Below, in pieces: positions 39,910 through 50,591 of a DNA stretch of 64,000 nucleotides (position 1 is the first letter of the stretch; the number at the start of each line of letters is the position of its first letter). This DNA is from Pirellula sp. (lineage in GTDB: Bacteria > Planctomycetota > Planctomycetia > Pirellulales > Pirellulaceae): contig JANPHB010000209.1 in assembly GCA_031424235.1 (NCBI GenBank), forward strand, positions 33,608 to 97,607. Reading direction: 5' to 3'. The notes under the pieces were generated by a model. That model ran no database searches, had not been told where the DNA came from, and saw only the letters and a list, made by a program, of their open reading frames with translations. The position numbers and the translations under genes are program-made.

Positions 39910-41009
39910 GATCGATCGAGCAGCGACGCTACTTTTCGAATCAACTCTTGCACTTGCGGCTTTTCCACATCAGCCCATTCCGCATGATGAATTGGCGCTT
40001 TCATGAACTCCGTCACGCCAGGCAGTCTTGCCGATCCGAGTGAAACTGCGCCGTCCCCAAGTCCCAAAGTCAACTCGTCGCTCGAAATCAGTTCTTCGAC
40101 TCGTCGAAGCCCCTTCTCGATCTTTTCAAGTCCGCGAGTCTGCGATTCGCTGCGCCCTTGGCTTACTGCAATCGAGCCAGCCAATCGCAGCAATGGACTG
40201 ATCGGCCCTCGCGTGCCTGCAATGATCGAGTAACGAACTCCGGGTACTCGCTCCATGCTGTTGAGCGTTCGCAGAAACTCAGAGCCAGGAACGAGTTCAT
40301 CGCAGGCCTCACCTAAACCGTCATCGACAAGGGCATTGATTACGGAGATCAAGGAGTCCGAACCATTTTTCATTTTGGACAGGGCGTCTGCAAATTCTAA
40401 CGCGTCCGCATATTGCGCTAAAACCGAACCATGATTTGGGGGGCAAAGCATGGTCAGATGGTCGACCATCTCGCAAGCAGCAAATCGATCAGGCTCTGAG
40501 GGGAATTCCAAAGCGTATCGCGCAACCAGCCCCCCCATACTATGCCCAACAATCGAAACCTTGGTGTTGGGGGAACCGAGATGAAATTCTTGAAGCAGTC
40601 GCTTCAGCACGCGCCCCGACTCTTGGATCGAGCCATCATTTGGGTAATCGAAAACGGCGCAGCGCGTGTTCGCAGGGAACGCCATGGTCCGCTCAAGCGA
40701 CATCGCAAACTGTTCGCAGGCTTGAGCATCCCCTTGCAGTCCACCAAGAATCAAAACGATACGTTCAGGGAGTTCGCTGATCGACAACCGCTCTGGGCTG
40801 CCATCTACCTCCCCACGGGCTAGGAGCCGAATTTCGTATTTGGGTTCAGCAAGCGGTGCGATGGCCGCTCGCAATTCGCTTCGCAAGGACTGCCAGCTTT
40901 CGGCAAGTTCTCCCGACTGGACTGGACGACGCAAGTCCTGTGCGTTCGCTGACCTTGCAAAGCAACAAATGCAAACGGCAAGAGAAATCGCAAACCAAAG
41001 CCGAACCAT
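39906..41009 (-). CDS. Secreted alpha/beta hydrolase (lipase/esterase-like)
   Basis: GHSMGG nucleophile elbow, 'PPNHGS', 'GDGAVS', 'H'. True start at Met 41009; the track's N-terminal extension is a translated REP. Confidence 0.85.
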   Translation of the reverse strand: MVRLWFAISLAVCICCFARSANAQDLRRPVQSGELAESWQSLRSELRAAIAPLAEPKYEIRLLARGEVDGSPERLSISELPERIVLILGGLQGDAQACEQFAMSLERTMAFPANTRCAVFDYPNDGSIQESGRVLKRLLQEFHLGSPNTKVSIVGHSMGGLVARYALEFPSEPDRFAACEMVDHLTMLCPPNHGSVLAQYADALEFADALSKMKNGSDSLISVINALVDDGLGEACDELVPGSEFLRTLNSMERVPGVRYSIIAGTRGPISPLLRLAGSIAVSQGRSESQTRGLEKIEKGLRRVEELISSDELTLGLGDGAVSLGSARLPGVTEFMKAPIHHAEWADVEKPQVQELIRKVASLLDRS

Positions 41010-41068
41010 CTTAGGATTATCGCCCCCGCTAATCCAATTCTTCACTCGGTAGGGCGAGTTCTTCATTC

Positions 41069-41129
41069 GGGAGGGCGAGGCTCCTGCCGAGCCATTGCGT
41101 CGCAAGTTCGCCAGGAGCCTTGCACTCCC
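41069..41129. repeat. REP-like palindrome family A, copy 3
   Basis: gggagggcgaggctcctgccgagcc...gttcgccaggagccttgcactccc. Confidence 0.8.
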
Positions 41130-41282
41130 AGTGTTATTCAAATGATTATCCATGACAACGCAAGATCAGAGTGGAAGTAGACTTCAGAGACAACGACGAC
41201 AAAATTCGATTTTCGGACACCTTTTTTATAGGCCCCAGACGAGCTTGTCTCGTCTGGGCCAACGGTTCGATAGGACAAGTGG

Positions 41283-41395
41283 CTTGTTGATTTAGTACTT
41301 GCCCAAATGCACTTCGTTTAACAGTCAGCCGTAGGCGTACTGTCAAAGTAGCAAAGTACGCCTACGGCTGACTGTTAAACGACTAAATCAACAAG
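41283..41395. repeat. Family B palindrome enclosed by 14-bp inverted repeats CTTGTTGATTTAGT/ACTAAATCAACAAG
   Basis: Outer IR at 41283-96 and 41382-95; core at 41315-41381. The same right flank follows the copies at 46011 and 50322. Confidence 0.75.
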
Positions 41396-41467
41396 TGACA
41401 AGCCCATCGGGGCGTTAACAAAGTGAGACAGCCCCAAGCCCGTTGGGGCGTAATCCAATTCGACCGA

Positions 41468-43045
41468 TTATGATTGCAAACCGTCCAACCGAGTCAAGCA
41501 GCGATCGATCCTTTTTAGGCTCTCTTCTTTGCCTAGGATTTCAAAGTAGTCAAAGATTCCAAGGCCATTCGATTTACCTGTAACAGCAATTCTCAACGCG
41601 CTAATGCAAACCCCGAGCTTGACTCCACGCTGCTCCGCGAATTGCTTGAGCTGCGGTTCAAGTGTATCGTGGCTCATCGATTCGGCCGCAGCTAGGACAG
41701 TTCGGAAATCGCGAAGGGCCGAAATCGCAACGGGATCGCTGGCCAATCGCTTTTGAAATCCTTCTTGATCGGTAACAAGATTTTCGGCGGACACAAATAG
41801 TTCATCGAACTGCAATACGTCCCCAGCGACCTTAATACGGTCACCCGCGGCGAGAACGATCTTGCCAAGCGTGTCTGCAACGTCACACGGCGGAGGATCG
41901 GAAACAAGTCCAGCCTTTTGAAGATACGGTAGGACCATGGCAACCTTCTTCTTCAGGTCCAGGTTGTTCATCCAGCGAGTCTGAAACGCAACCAACTTTT
42001 GCGGATCGAACGACGCCGGTGACTTGCTGACTCGTTCCAACGAAAAATGCTTGATCGCATCGTCCAACGTGAGATGCTCTGTGCTGTCGTCCAAAGACCA
42101 ACCGAGCAACATCAAGTAGTTCAGAATGGCTCCCGGCAAGAATCCTATTTCACGATAGAAGTCGACCACGACGGGATTGAACGTCTCTTTGGTCACTAGC
42201 ATCTTCGCCCGTTCCGCAATCGTTTCTCCCATTTGGCAGAGGGCGGCGAAGTCCTTTTGCTTGAGGTACTTGTCGAGTTTACGCTTGCTGAGCTTGGCCG
42301 TTCCGCCCGGTTCGGCCACGTAGGGCAAGTGAGCGTAAATCGGCAAGGTGTAGCCGAGGCTCTGGGCGATAAAAATTTGACGCGGTGTATTCGCCAAATG
42401 TTCGACCGAGCGTACGACGTGGGTGATTTGGAAATCAAAATCATCGACCACACTGGCTAAATTATAGAGACAAGTCCCATCACCGCGCTGGATAATATGG
42501 TCCTGTTCATCGGCCCATTCGAAGGAGCAATCTCCACGGACCATATCATGAAAACGGCATTGTCCCTCGCGAGGCATTTTCAAACGAACGAAGGCTTGTC
42601 GTCCTTCGGCTTCAAACGCGGCCTTCTTTTCAGGCGTATCGGCCATATAGCGTCGATCGTTGATAAACGCTTTACCCTCTTTTTTGGCTTGTTCTTTTTG
42701 TGCTTCGATTTCTTCGGTTTTGGCGAAGTCGAGGTAAGCGTGGCCGGACGCGAGCAGCTTGGCCGCGGCCGCTTGGTAGCCTGCAGATCGCTGAGACTGG
42801 AAGTAGGGAACGAACGGACCGCCCACTTCGGGCCCCTCGTCCCAATGGAGACCAAGCCATTTGAAGCCGTCCAAGATTGGTTGCAAAGCCGCTTCGACGT
42901 TGCGATTTTGATCCGTGTCATCGATCCGGAGCAGAAACTGACCACCCGCTTGTTTTGCTAGCAGATAATTAAAAAGTGCGGTTCGAACCCCTCCAATATG
43001 GAGATATCCAGTGGGGCTAGGGGCAAAACGAGTGCGGATCGTCAT
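41468..43045 (-). CDS. gltX: Glutamate--tRNA ligase
   Basis: 'RTRFAPSPTGYLHIGG' (HIGH), 'RIDDTD', 'KLSKR' (KMSKS equivalent). Confidence 0.96.
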   Translation of the reverse strand: MTIRTRFAPSPTGYLHIGGVRTALFNYLLAKQAGGQFLLRIDDTDQNRNVEAALQPILDGFKWLGLHWDEGPEVGGPFVPYFQSQRSAGYQAAAAKLLASGHAYLDFAKTEEIEAQKEQAKKEGKAFINDRRYMADTPEKKAAFEAEGRQAFVRLKMPREGQCRFHDMVRGDCSFEWADEQDHIIQRGDGTCLYNLASVVDDFDFQITHVVRSVEHLANTPRQIFIAQSLGYTLPIYAHLPYVAEPGGTAKLSKRKLDKYLKQKDFAALCQMGETIAERAKMLVTKETFNPVVVDFYREIGFLPGAILNYLMLLGWSLDDSTEHLTLDDAIKHFSLERVSKSPASFDPQKLVAFQTRWMNNLDLKKKVAMVLPYLQKAGLVSDPPPCDVADTLGKIVLAAGDRIKVAGDVLQFDELFVSAENLVTDQEGFQKRLASDPVAISALRDFRTVLAAAESMSHDTLEPQLKQFAEQRGVKLGVCISALRIAVTGKSNGLGIFDYFEILGKEESLKRIDRCLTRLDGLQS

Positions 43046-43178
43046 CAGGCATTGACTTCAAAATAGGAACAAATCTCAGGTTGGACGGAATTAGCGGTAA
43101 AGGTAACATGGTAATTCGAATTCGTCACGCGTCCCGCTGACGAGTAGAATCGTACTTTCTGTCAACAAGGAATGTTGC

Positions 43179-44435
43179 ATGCTTAGAAAAGCAATCGTCG
43201 CGGCGTCGCTATTGCTAATCGGTACCTGTCTCGGTTGGGCATTTCAGGGTTTTGGGCTGGGCCGACCGGCAAACGCGGAACCGCAACGCGAGGGTTTCGC
43301 TCCCGCGCCGCAGTTTCCCACCCCACCAAGAGCGAACCCTGGCGTGAATCCTGGCTTCCAAGCCGGCGTTCAACCAGTGCAGCCTCTCAACTTTCCAGGT
43401 GCCAATCCGACCCAGCAGGTCCTGCCTGTTTCAGACGGCTTTGTCCCTATGACCAGTGAGGAAGCGGTCAATGTTTCGGTCTACGAACGGACGAATCGCA
43501 GCGTCGTCAATATAAAAACTCAGTCGATAAGACCTGAATCGCTTTTCGTGTTCACCCAAGTCGCAGGCAGCGGCAGCGGTAGCGTGATCGACCAGCAAGG
43601 TCATATATTGACAAATCACCACGTGATCGATGGGGCAAAGCAGATCACCGTCATGCTTTACAACGCAGATGCCTTTCCCGCCGAACTTGTCGGCCAAGAC
43701 CCCGCGAACGACATTGCCATCCTCAAAATCAATGCACCTGATTCGTTGTTGTTTCCTATTCAATGGGGTGACTCATCAAACCTGAAAGTTGGGCAGCATA
43801 TCATTGCAATTGGAAACCCCTTCGGGTTCGAACGAACGATGACCACCGGCATCATTTCTAGCCTGAATCGTCAAATCGAATCGAAGGTGCCCGACAATAA
43901 AATGAAATCGTTAATTCAAATCGATGCCGCCCTCAATCAAGGAAACTCGGGCGGTCCCTTGATGAACTCCCGAGGTGAATTGATTGGAATGAACACCGCG
44001 ATTGCGACCCGCAGCGGCGATAACTCCGGCATCGGCTTTGCCATTCCCATCAATACGATTCGACGCGTCGTACCTCAACTGATTGCAACCGGCCGTGTCC
44101 AACGCCCTACGATTGGCATCATGCAAGTGGTCGAGAATGAGAAGGGGCTCTTGGTGGCCAATCTTACGCCCAATGGTCCAGCCGAACGAGCAGGGTTGAG
44201 AGGCTTGAAAGTGGAACGAAAGAAAGTCCGCAGAGGGCCACTCACCGTCGAACAATCCGTAGTCGATCCAAGCCAAGCCGATTTGATCATCGGTGTCGAC
44301 GATAAAAACGTGAAAAATTCGGATGACCTATTGGCTGCCATTGAGGTCAAGAAATCGGGCGATCAAGTTGTCTTGCGTGTGGTGAGACAAGGGCAGATAG
44401 TTCAAGTACCAGTGATACTCGGTAGTGAGGACTAA
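43179..44435 (+). CDS. htrA: HtrA/DegP-family serine protease with one PDZ domain
   Basis: 'GSGSVID', 'TNHHV', 'DIAILKI', 'AIGNPFG', 'GNSGGPL', PDZ 'GPAERAGL'. Confidence 0.93.
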   Translation: MLRKAIVAASLLLIGTCLGWAFQGFGLGRPANAEPQREGFAPAPQFPTPPRANPGVNPGFQAGVQPVQPLNFPGANPTQQVLPVSDGFVPMTSEEAVNVSVYERTNRSVVNIKTQSIRPESLFVFTQVAGSGSGSVIDQQGHILTNHHVIDGAKQITVMLYNADAFPAELVGQDPANDIAILKINAPDSLLFPIQWGDSSNLKVGQHIIAIGNPFGFERTMTTGIISSLNRQIESKVPDNKMKSLIQIDAALNQGNSGGPLMNSRGELIGMNTAIATRSGDNSGIGFAIPINTIRRVVPQLIATGRVQRPTIGIMQVVENEKGLLVANLTPNGPAERAGLRGLKVERKKVRRGPLTVEQSVVDPSQADLIIGVDDKNVKNSDDLLAAIEVKKSGDQVVLRVVRQGQIVQVPVILGSED

Positions 44436-44468
44436 CCCCGGCTACTCGGCAGGGTAAAGTTGACTACT

Positions 44469-44531
44469 CGGGAGGGCGAGGCTCCTGCCAAACCGTGGCA
44501 CCGCGGGCTCGGCAGGAGCCTCGCCCTCCCG
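44469..44531. repeat. REP-like palindrome family A, copy 4
   Basis: cgggagggcgaggctcctgcc...ggcaggagcctcgccctcccg. Confidence 0.85.
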
Positions 44532-44693
44532 AAAATTCTAACTAGACTTGGCATTGCAAAGATGTTTCGATCGCACATGGAATGTTCTAACTTCTCTCTT
44601 TTCGGCTGTTTGGAAATGTGTACAACTTCGATTTGAAATGCTCTGACGCGGTTCGACAGAGCAATTACCCTCCGAATTGCGACTCAAAGTGTC

Positions 44694-45992
44694 GTGCAGA
44701 ACATGTTTGACGTCGATGATTACCGCTGGCTTTCCACTATAGAAGCTCAAAAACTCTGGCAGCCACTAAGCTCCGAGCCGACGAACAAGCCAGACGCTCT
44801 GCTAAAGCGGCTTCGATCGCACCTTCCGACGAATCACGCTTCACTCTTAGTTGAGCAATTCGAGCTTTTGGGTTTGGCAAAAAAGAAAGTCTCGCAGCCT
44901 CTTCTTTGGTTTTGGACAAGGCAATTGCTTGAACAGTCGAGTGATTTCGAAACGGCCGCCGAAACCGCACTCGATTTTCAACCAGGAAATCGCATATGGG
45001 ATATTTGTTGTGGCGCCGGTGCCGATTCCGTGGCTCTCGCAAATCGTGGCCTTATCGTCCAGGCTGTCGATCGTTGTCCAATCGCTTGCGAGCTGACTCG
45101 GCATAACGCTCGTTCTCATGGTCTTGCTATCAACGTATTCGATCGAGCCGCAGAGCAAACGGAAATCGATCCTGAAAGCTACGTCCATATCGACCCAGAT
45201 CGTCGTGCGGACGGAACGCGATCAAGTAGCCTCGACCGATTGTCTCCTGGTTGGGATACGATTGTCAGTCTCTTGGGGCGTTGCCGCGGCATGTCGTTGA
45301 AACTAGCACCAGGCACGCGAGTTGATTTAAATGGCTTGGCGCAAAGAGTCGAGCGTCCGCCGGAGTCGGTTCGGTTTCTTGCCAAGGATGGTTCTGTTCG
45401 GCAACAACGATGGTATTGGGGGCTCGAGCGATGGCCGGCCGGTTCGATCACCGTCAGCATGCATTTGAACGAACCATCAACTCGGCGTGCCGAGCAATTT
45501 GCAGCCAGCCATGCAAACGCGAATACTTGCAGCACAACTGCAACTCACGGTTGGTTTCATGAAACGTTTTTGACTAGCGAAGTCCATTCGATGAATTCGT
45601 CGAACTTAGCGAGTGCTCCAAGCGCTTACGTCGCGGACTACGACCCATCGATTCGCGCCGCGGAATTGAGCAGCAGTTTCGCAAAACGTTACGGCTGGCA
45701 ACTGATCGATTCCAGCAGTGGCTATCTCACATCGAACGAAGCTTCGGTGCACCCGATGGTTCGATGGTTCCGCGTTGAGGAAGTTTTGCCGCTCGACAAC
45801 AAGCGTATCAAGAGTTTCGCAAGAACGGCCAATGTGCGAACGTGGGAGCTCAAAAGCCGTGGGCTTGAAGTGGACTTGAACGCGCTCCGCAATGTTTTGC
45901 CAACGGAGAAAAAGAGCGAGACAAGCATGACGATTTTGTGCACAAAGCTCGGCAACCATCATCGAGCTATTTTTTGCACTGAAGTTGTGTAG
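44694..45992 (+). CDS. Class I SAM-dependent methyltransferase with THUMP-like C-terminal domain
   Basis: 'LEQSS', motif I 'WDICCGAGADS', 'HIDPDRR', 'KLAPG', 'DYDPSIRAAEL'. Confidence 0.82.
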   Translation: MQNMFDVDDYRWLSTIEAQKLWQPLSSEPTNKPDALLKRLRSHLPTNHASLLVEQFELLGLAKKKVSQPLLWFWTRQLLEQSSDFETAAETALDFQPGNRIWDICCGAGADSVALANRGLIVQAVDRCPIACELTRHNARSHGLAINVFDRAAEQTEIDPESYVHIDPDRRADGTRSSSLDRLSPGWDTIVSLLGRCRGMSLKLAPGTRVDLNGLAQRVERPPESVRFLAKDGSVRQQRWYWGLERWPAGSITVSMHLNEPSTRRAEQFAASHANANTCSTTATHGWFHETFLTSEVHSMNSSNLASAPSAYVADYDPSIRAAELSSSFAKRYGWQLIDSSSGYLTSNEASVHPMVRWFRVEEVLPLDNKRIKSFARTANVRTWELKSRGLEVDLNALRNVLPTEKKSETSMTILCTKLGNHHRAIFCTEVV

Positions 45993-46010
45993 GCACATCA
46001 TTACGTAATT

Positions 46011-46077
46011 CGTTTAACAGTCAGCCGTAGGCGTACTGTCAAAGCCTGCAAGTACGCCTCCGGCTGACTGTTAAACG
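46011..46077. repeat. Palindrome family B copy between convergent genes
   Basis: cgtttaacagtcagccgtaggcgtac / gtacgcctccggctgactgttaaacg. Confidence 0.85.
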
Positions 46078-46180
46078 ACTAGCTCAACAAGATTTTGAGC
46101 GAGGGGCTAGCGCCCAACGGCTAATGGGGGCGGGTTACCAAGTCACGGCACAAAGTGCCGTGCTACGTTGGGATAGTAAT

Positions 46181-46723
46181 TTAAGCTGCTCGATTTACAG
46201 CGGACTGCTCGGTTACAGCAGCTGGCAAGGCTACCTTCTGCAATGTCCCTCCCTGAACCGACGAAGCGAAGATCGTCGATTTGGAATGGCAGAGCCTTGG
46301 CAGCCAATCTGCAACAGCTCTTCCTTGAGGAGTGTCTGCTCCCCATGTCCCATCAACAATGATCAGATCGCTTGGCAGCACCGTGTGTGCAACACGAGCC
46401 AAGGCGTTGGTCGGATCGCCTGGAATGAGGTGCGCTTTGACGCCAAATTCGGCGAGCATCCGATGTGCCGCTTTGAGGTTCATGTGCGGAACGTTGGGTC
46501 CGGCTGATTCGAATGCGTCTACTCCAACATAGCGAATTTGCGCGCAGCCTTCTGGCAGCGTGCAAAGCGGCAACACTTGCCTGATGCGTTCACCCGAGCC
46601 GATACCGATTTCGAGAATCGACGCGAATGGATTGTCTATCACGTGGAGGAACAAAGCCCGCTCGCTGACGGGTTTCGATAGATAGCGCCAATAGAGACGT
46701 TGTACCCAACTCAACCGAGCCAT
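46181..46723 (-). CDS. SAM-dependent methyltransferase-like hypothetical protein
   Basis: 'SILEIGIGSG', 'YVGVDAFE', 'DLIIVD' Rossmann-type motifs. Confidence 0.72.
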   Translation of the reverse strand: MARLSWVQRLYWRYLSKPVSERALFLHVIDNPFASILEIGIGSGERIRQVLPLCTLPEGCAQIRYVGVDAFESAGPNVPHMNLKAAHRMLAEFGVKAHLIPGDPTNALARVAHTVLPSDLIIVDGTWGADTPQGRAVADWLPRLCHSKSTIFASSVQGGTLQKVALPAAVTEQSAVNRAA

Positions 46724-47200
46724 GATTCGATTTCTCCGCTGCAGACGCGACTTTGTTATTCGGCTAAAAAAGATCAAAAAGAGCCGCATTTGGGACCGGG
46801 TTTCTGCATCCATGCATCCTTCCAGTTCCCATGCGGCGAAACCATTCTCACCATTTCATGCAGGCTCAATTTCGTTCACTTCCATGTGACGTCTTGATTC
46901 CGCTGGTGCGAATGAAGCTTGTCGAAGACTCCGTCTTTGACTTGCTCAGTAGCTCTTTCGGCGGCAAACGGCCAGAGAATTCAGACGAATCGGACCAGCC
47001 GGAAATTCTTCACTAAAGCGCCTATTGTAGGGTCTGAAACGATTACGCTAGCAAACGACGTTCTTCAGCCACGGCATCTCGATCGGTATTTTCAAACCGT
47101 TTCAGCCTGTGACCTAACCTAAACCAATCCGCAAAAAACTGGTTATCGGTTTCGTTTTTAAAAAACGCTCAAGTTTTGTCTGATCGAGACTCCCAATCCT

Positions 47201-50200
47201 ATGAATCCATTCCCTAAGAAAATCGCCCTATCCGCCTCTGACTCTCCGTGGGCTTTTCGCCCTATGTGGGAGCAGTGTGAGCGTCGACTGGCATTGTCGG
47301 CAATGCCTTGGATGCCCTGGGATATCGGCCCACAGCAAGCGGTCGCTCCCACTATAGTCGACCTTCCCCAACCGGACGATCTCGTTTCGCATCCCTCGCA
47401 TTTGCAACCGATCGACACCAACGTAGCGCCAGCAATTGAACAGCATTTGGCAGAAGCTCATTCGCAATCCGGTTGGAACCAGGTCCACTCGCAATACGGC
47501 TTGACCGGCAAGGGGCAAACTGTTGCCGTGATCGATAGCGGCATTGCGTTTGATCACGTGGCCTTAGGCAAAGGCTATGGACCTGGCTACAAAGTCGTCG
47601 GCGGCTGGGACTTTGCCGAAAAAGACGCAAGACCCTACGACGATGCACCGGGCGGCTTCCACGGAACTCACGTTTCAGGAATCATCGGAGCCAATGATGG
47701 GACGCATTTGGGCGTCGCACCCGACGTCGACTTGGTCGCTCTACGTGTCTTTACCGATGCAGGCAAAGGGGACATGGGGTGGACTGAAAGTGCGCTCAAG
47801 TGGGTGCATGAGAATCGCAACAGTTTTGCCAATCCAATCACCACCGTCAATCTTTCGCTTGGCTCCGCTTGGAACTCGAACACGGTTCCATCCTGGGGAA
47901 CACTCGAAGATGAACTTGCTCAGTTGCAACGGGACGGCATTGTTGTGGTCGCGTCTGCTGGCAACTCGTTTCAACAATACAAAACGCCGGGCCTATCCTA
48001 CCCGGCCGCAAGCCCATACGTAATTCCCGTTTCGAGCGTCGATGCCAACGGACAACTCAGCGACTTCAGTCAACGCGATGCGCGATCGATTGCCGCTCCT
48101 GGTCGTTCGATAGAAAGCACCGTGCCTGACTATTTCTACGGCAAAGATGGAATCGCAAACGACTGGTCTACTGCGAGCGGCACGAGCATGGCGGCACCCT
48201 ACATCGCAGGCGCAAGCGTACTTGTCCGCGAAGCCATGGAAATGGTTGGGATGCAAAACATCTCCTCGCAATCGATCTACGAGCATCTCAAGTCGACAGC
48301 CAATTCCGTCTGGGATAGCGTCACCAAACAAAACTACCAATCGCTCGATTTGGATCGGGCCATCGAAAGCCTGCTCCCGGTCGATACCGTTGGTGACACG
48401 CTTGCAACGGGTATGAATTCCCAAATCCAAAGCACTTGGCAAACCGACGGTTGGATCAATTCACTCTCCGATCAAGATGTCTATCGGCTCACACCCAATC
48501 AAAGCGGCACTGTATCCGTACAGCTTGCGAGCGAATATGTAGACGATGCGGTATTCAAGCTTTTTCGGGGTGGCCAAGAGACAGCACTGCACGCCAGTCA
48601 AGGCAAATTGTCCTTTGCGGTTTCGGCCGGTGAAAACGTTGGTCTCAGCATAGCGGACCTCGACTCAATTGGCTCCTATCATTTGAATTGGAGCTTCGCG
48701 GCCAGTTCGAACAATGGAGGCGGAAGCGGTGGCGGTACGAACGGTGGTGGCGCTAACACCCTCATCCCAAGTAAAATTGTAGACCTTGGTTCGGTCGACT
48801 TGCTTGAGCAGACACTTAGCGGTTCATCTAGGTATAAGCTCACAGCAGAACACACCGGTATCATGAGTGTCGTGGTCGACGCTGGTACACAGACGACTGG
48901 TTCGCAGTCGACGGGCGCATTGCAGGTCTTTCGGCCAGGGATTGCCAATGGCACACTGTCCGACTCGCTTGTCGAAAACAACCAATGGCGGATCGATTTC
49001 AATGCGACACAGGGGCAAAGCGTTGAGTTCGTGCTACCTGGCACGGCCAGTCGAAACGTGCACTTGGTCAATTTGCTCCAGCAGCAAGGCACCGCATTGA
49101 CCATTTACGGGACCGACGCCGCAGACGCGGTCAAACTGGACCTGAGCAATGGCCTGGTAGCCAACGTCGCTGGGATTTCGTACCAACTTGATAACACAAT
49201 CAAAAGTGTCGTGGTCGATGCGAATCAAAACAATGACACGCTCACGCTGATTGGCTCCAAAAGGGCGGAGACAGTCGAATTGCGTCCGGGACTGACGACG
49301 TTCGAGAACACTCAACTGACAGTCCGAGCCACTGGCTTTGAGAATGTTCAATTTCAGGGCGGAGGTGGCCCCGATCGAGCTTATCTTTACGACGCGGCCA
49401 CCGATGATCGTTTGAGCATTTGGCCGAACAAGGCTGAGTTGACCGGTGTTGGGTATTCGTTCAAAGTTAGTCAAGTCGACCGTATTTTTGTGCATGCCAA
49501 TCAAGGTGGTGACGACCAAGCTTCTATGTTCGATTCGGTCGGCGATGACACATTGAGTGTGCGCCCGCAATTTTCTAGTTTGGCAGGGACCGGTTATTTC
49601 AATTACGTGGCCGGCTTCGAACGCGTCGTTGCTTACTCCAATGCTGGCGGAGTTGACCGCGCGGCGATCTACGATTCGGTTGGCAACGATCTCTTTAGCA
49701 CGAGCGGCGAAGTAACCTCGATTGTTGGTTCGGGGTTTTCCGCTTTCGCGCGTGGCTTTGAAAAGGTCGAAGCGTTCTCGAATGCGGGTGGAGTAGACCG
49801 GGCCAGCATCTATGCGCCAGTTGGCGGCAAATTGACGTCGGGGGCTGACTATGTTGGAATGCAAGACGCCACCCGATCTAGTATTGCGAGAAATTTCGAA
49901 CGGGTCGAAACCTTCCTTCCGGGGCAAACGGTCGCAACGCCTATTCGCTCAAATGCCTTAGGGACCTTGAGTGAAGATTCGGCACACTCGATTGAGCCGA
50001 TTGCTATTGATCCGATTGCTTCTGTGCCGATGGCAATGACGTCTACGGTGACGAACGTTTCTGCCAATAAATGCGAAGCGGTTTTTGATAAGATGGATTG
50101 GATTGCCAATCTTGTGGAAAAAGAAATCAGCCAACTGCGAGTCGGCCCCAATGAGGCCGCGATACTGGCGATCGATACGCAATCCGCTAATACGGACGGA

Positions 50201-50284
50201 AATGCGAATGGGCTCGATTTGACGTGGATCGATCGGGATTTGGAGCGAGCAGCTCTCGACGAAATTTTCGCAAAACACGCGTGA
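47201..50284 (+). CDS. Secreted S8 (subtilisin-like) serine protease with accessory domains and repeats
   Basis: Planctomycete-type leader 'EQCERRLALSA'; triad 'VIDSG', 'HGTHVSG', 'GTSMAAP'; oxyanion 'ASAGNS'. Confidence 0.92.
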   Translation: MNPFPKKIALSASDSPWAFRPMWEQCERRLALSAMPWMPWDIGPQQAVAPTIVDLPQPDDLVSHPSHLQPIDTNVAPAIEQHLAEAHSQSGWNQVHSQYGLTGKGQTVAVIDSGIAFDHVALGKGYGPGYKVVGGWDFAEKDARPYDDAPGGFHGTHVSGIIGANDGTHLGVAPDVDLVALRVFTDAGKGDMGWTESALKWVHENRNSFANPITTVNLSLGSAWNSNTVPSWGTLEDELAQLQRDGIVVVASAGNSFQQYKTPGLSYPAASPYVIPVSSVDANGQLSDFSQRDARSIAAPGRSIESTVPDYFYGKDGIANDWSTASGTSMAAPYIAGASVLVREAMEMVGMQNISSQSIYEHLKSTANSVWDSVTKQNYQSLDLDRAIESLLPVDTVGDTLATGMNSQIQSTWQTDGWINSLSDQDVYRLTPNQSGTVSVQLASEYVDDAVFKLFRGGQETALHASQGKLSFAVSAGENVGLSIADLDSIGSYHLNWSFAASSNNGGGSGGGTNGGGANTLIPSKIVDLGSVDLLEQTLSGSSRYKLTAEHTGIMSVVVDAGTQTTGSQSTGALQVFRPGIANGTLSDSLVENNQWRIDFNATQGQSVEFVLPGTASRNVHLVNLLQQQGTALTIYGTDAADAVKLDLSNGLVANVAGISYQLDNTIKSVVVDANQNNDTLTLIGSKRAETVELRPGLTTFENTQLTVRATGFENVQFQGGGGPDRAYLYDAATDDRLSIWPNKAELTGVGYSFKVSQVDRIFVHANQGGDDQASMFDSVGDDTLSVRPQFSSLAGTGYFNYVAGFERVVAYSNAGGVDRAAIYDSVGNDLFSTSGEVTSIVGSGFSAFARGFEKVEAFSNAGGVDRASIYAPVGGKLTSGADYVGMQDATRSSIARNFERVETFLPGQTVATPIRSNALGTLSEDSAHSIEPIAIDPIASVPMAMTSTVTNVSANKCEAVFDKMDWIANLVEKEISQLRVGPNEAAILAIDTQSANTDGNANGLDLTWIDRDLERAALDEIFAKHA

Positions 50285-50321
50285 CTTCCTTCGCCTGCCT
50301 TGAGCTGATGGCTTTTCATTT

Positions 50322-50490
50322 CGTTTAACGGTCCACCGTAGGCGTACCGAAGAGCATTGGAGTACGCCTCCGGCTGACTGTTAAAAACTGCAAAACGACT
50401 AAATCAAAAGACTCTTCGGTGGCTGGTTTCGTGCGAAACCAGATGCAATACAATGGTTTGTGAATGCCGGTTTCTCACGAAACCAGCTAC
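50322..50490. repeat. Family B palindrome plus GTAG REP doublet (50419-50490)
   Basis: gtggctggtttcgtgcgaaacc ... ggtttctcacgaaaccagctac; same REP type as 8332 and 13580. Confidence 0.75.
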
Positions 50491-50591
50491 ACAGGATGAC
50501 AAGAACGGATTGCGAAAGAAGCACTGTTCAAGTCGAATATACTTCGAACGAGTGATTGTGATGTTTTGTCACTATCTCTTCAAAACGTTTC

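Noticed and set aside
49034-49927. 297-aa antisense ORF
   Set aside because: It is a shadow of the repeat region of the S8 protease.
50557-50573. CRP-like site TGTGA-N7-TCACT upstream of the kinase/cyclase gene
   Set aside because: The spacer is 7 rather than 6 bp, which is not supportable without footprinting.
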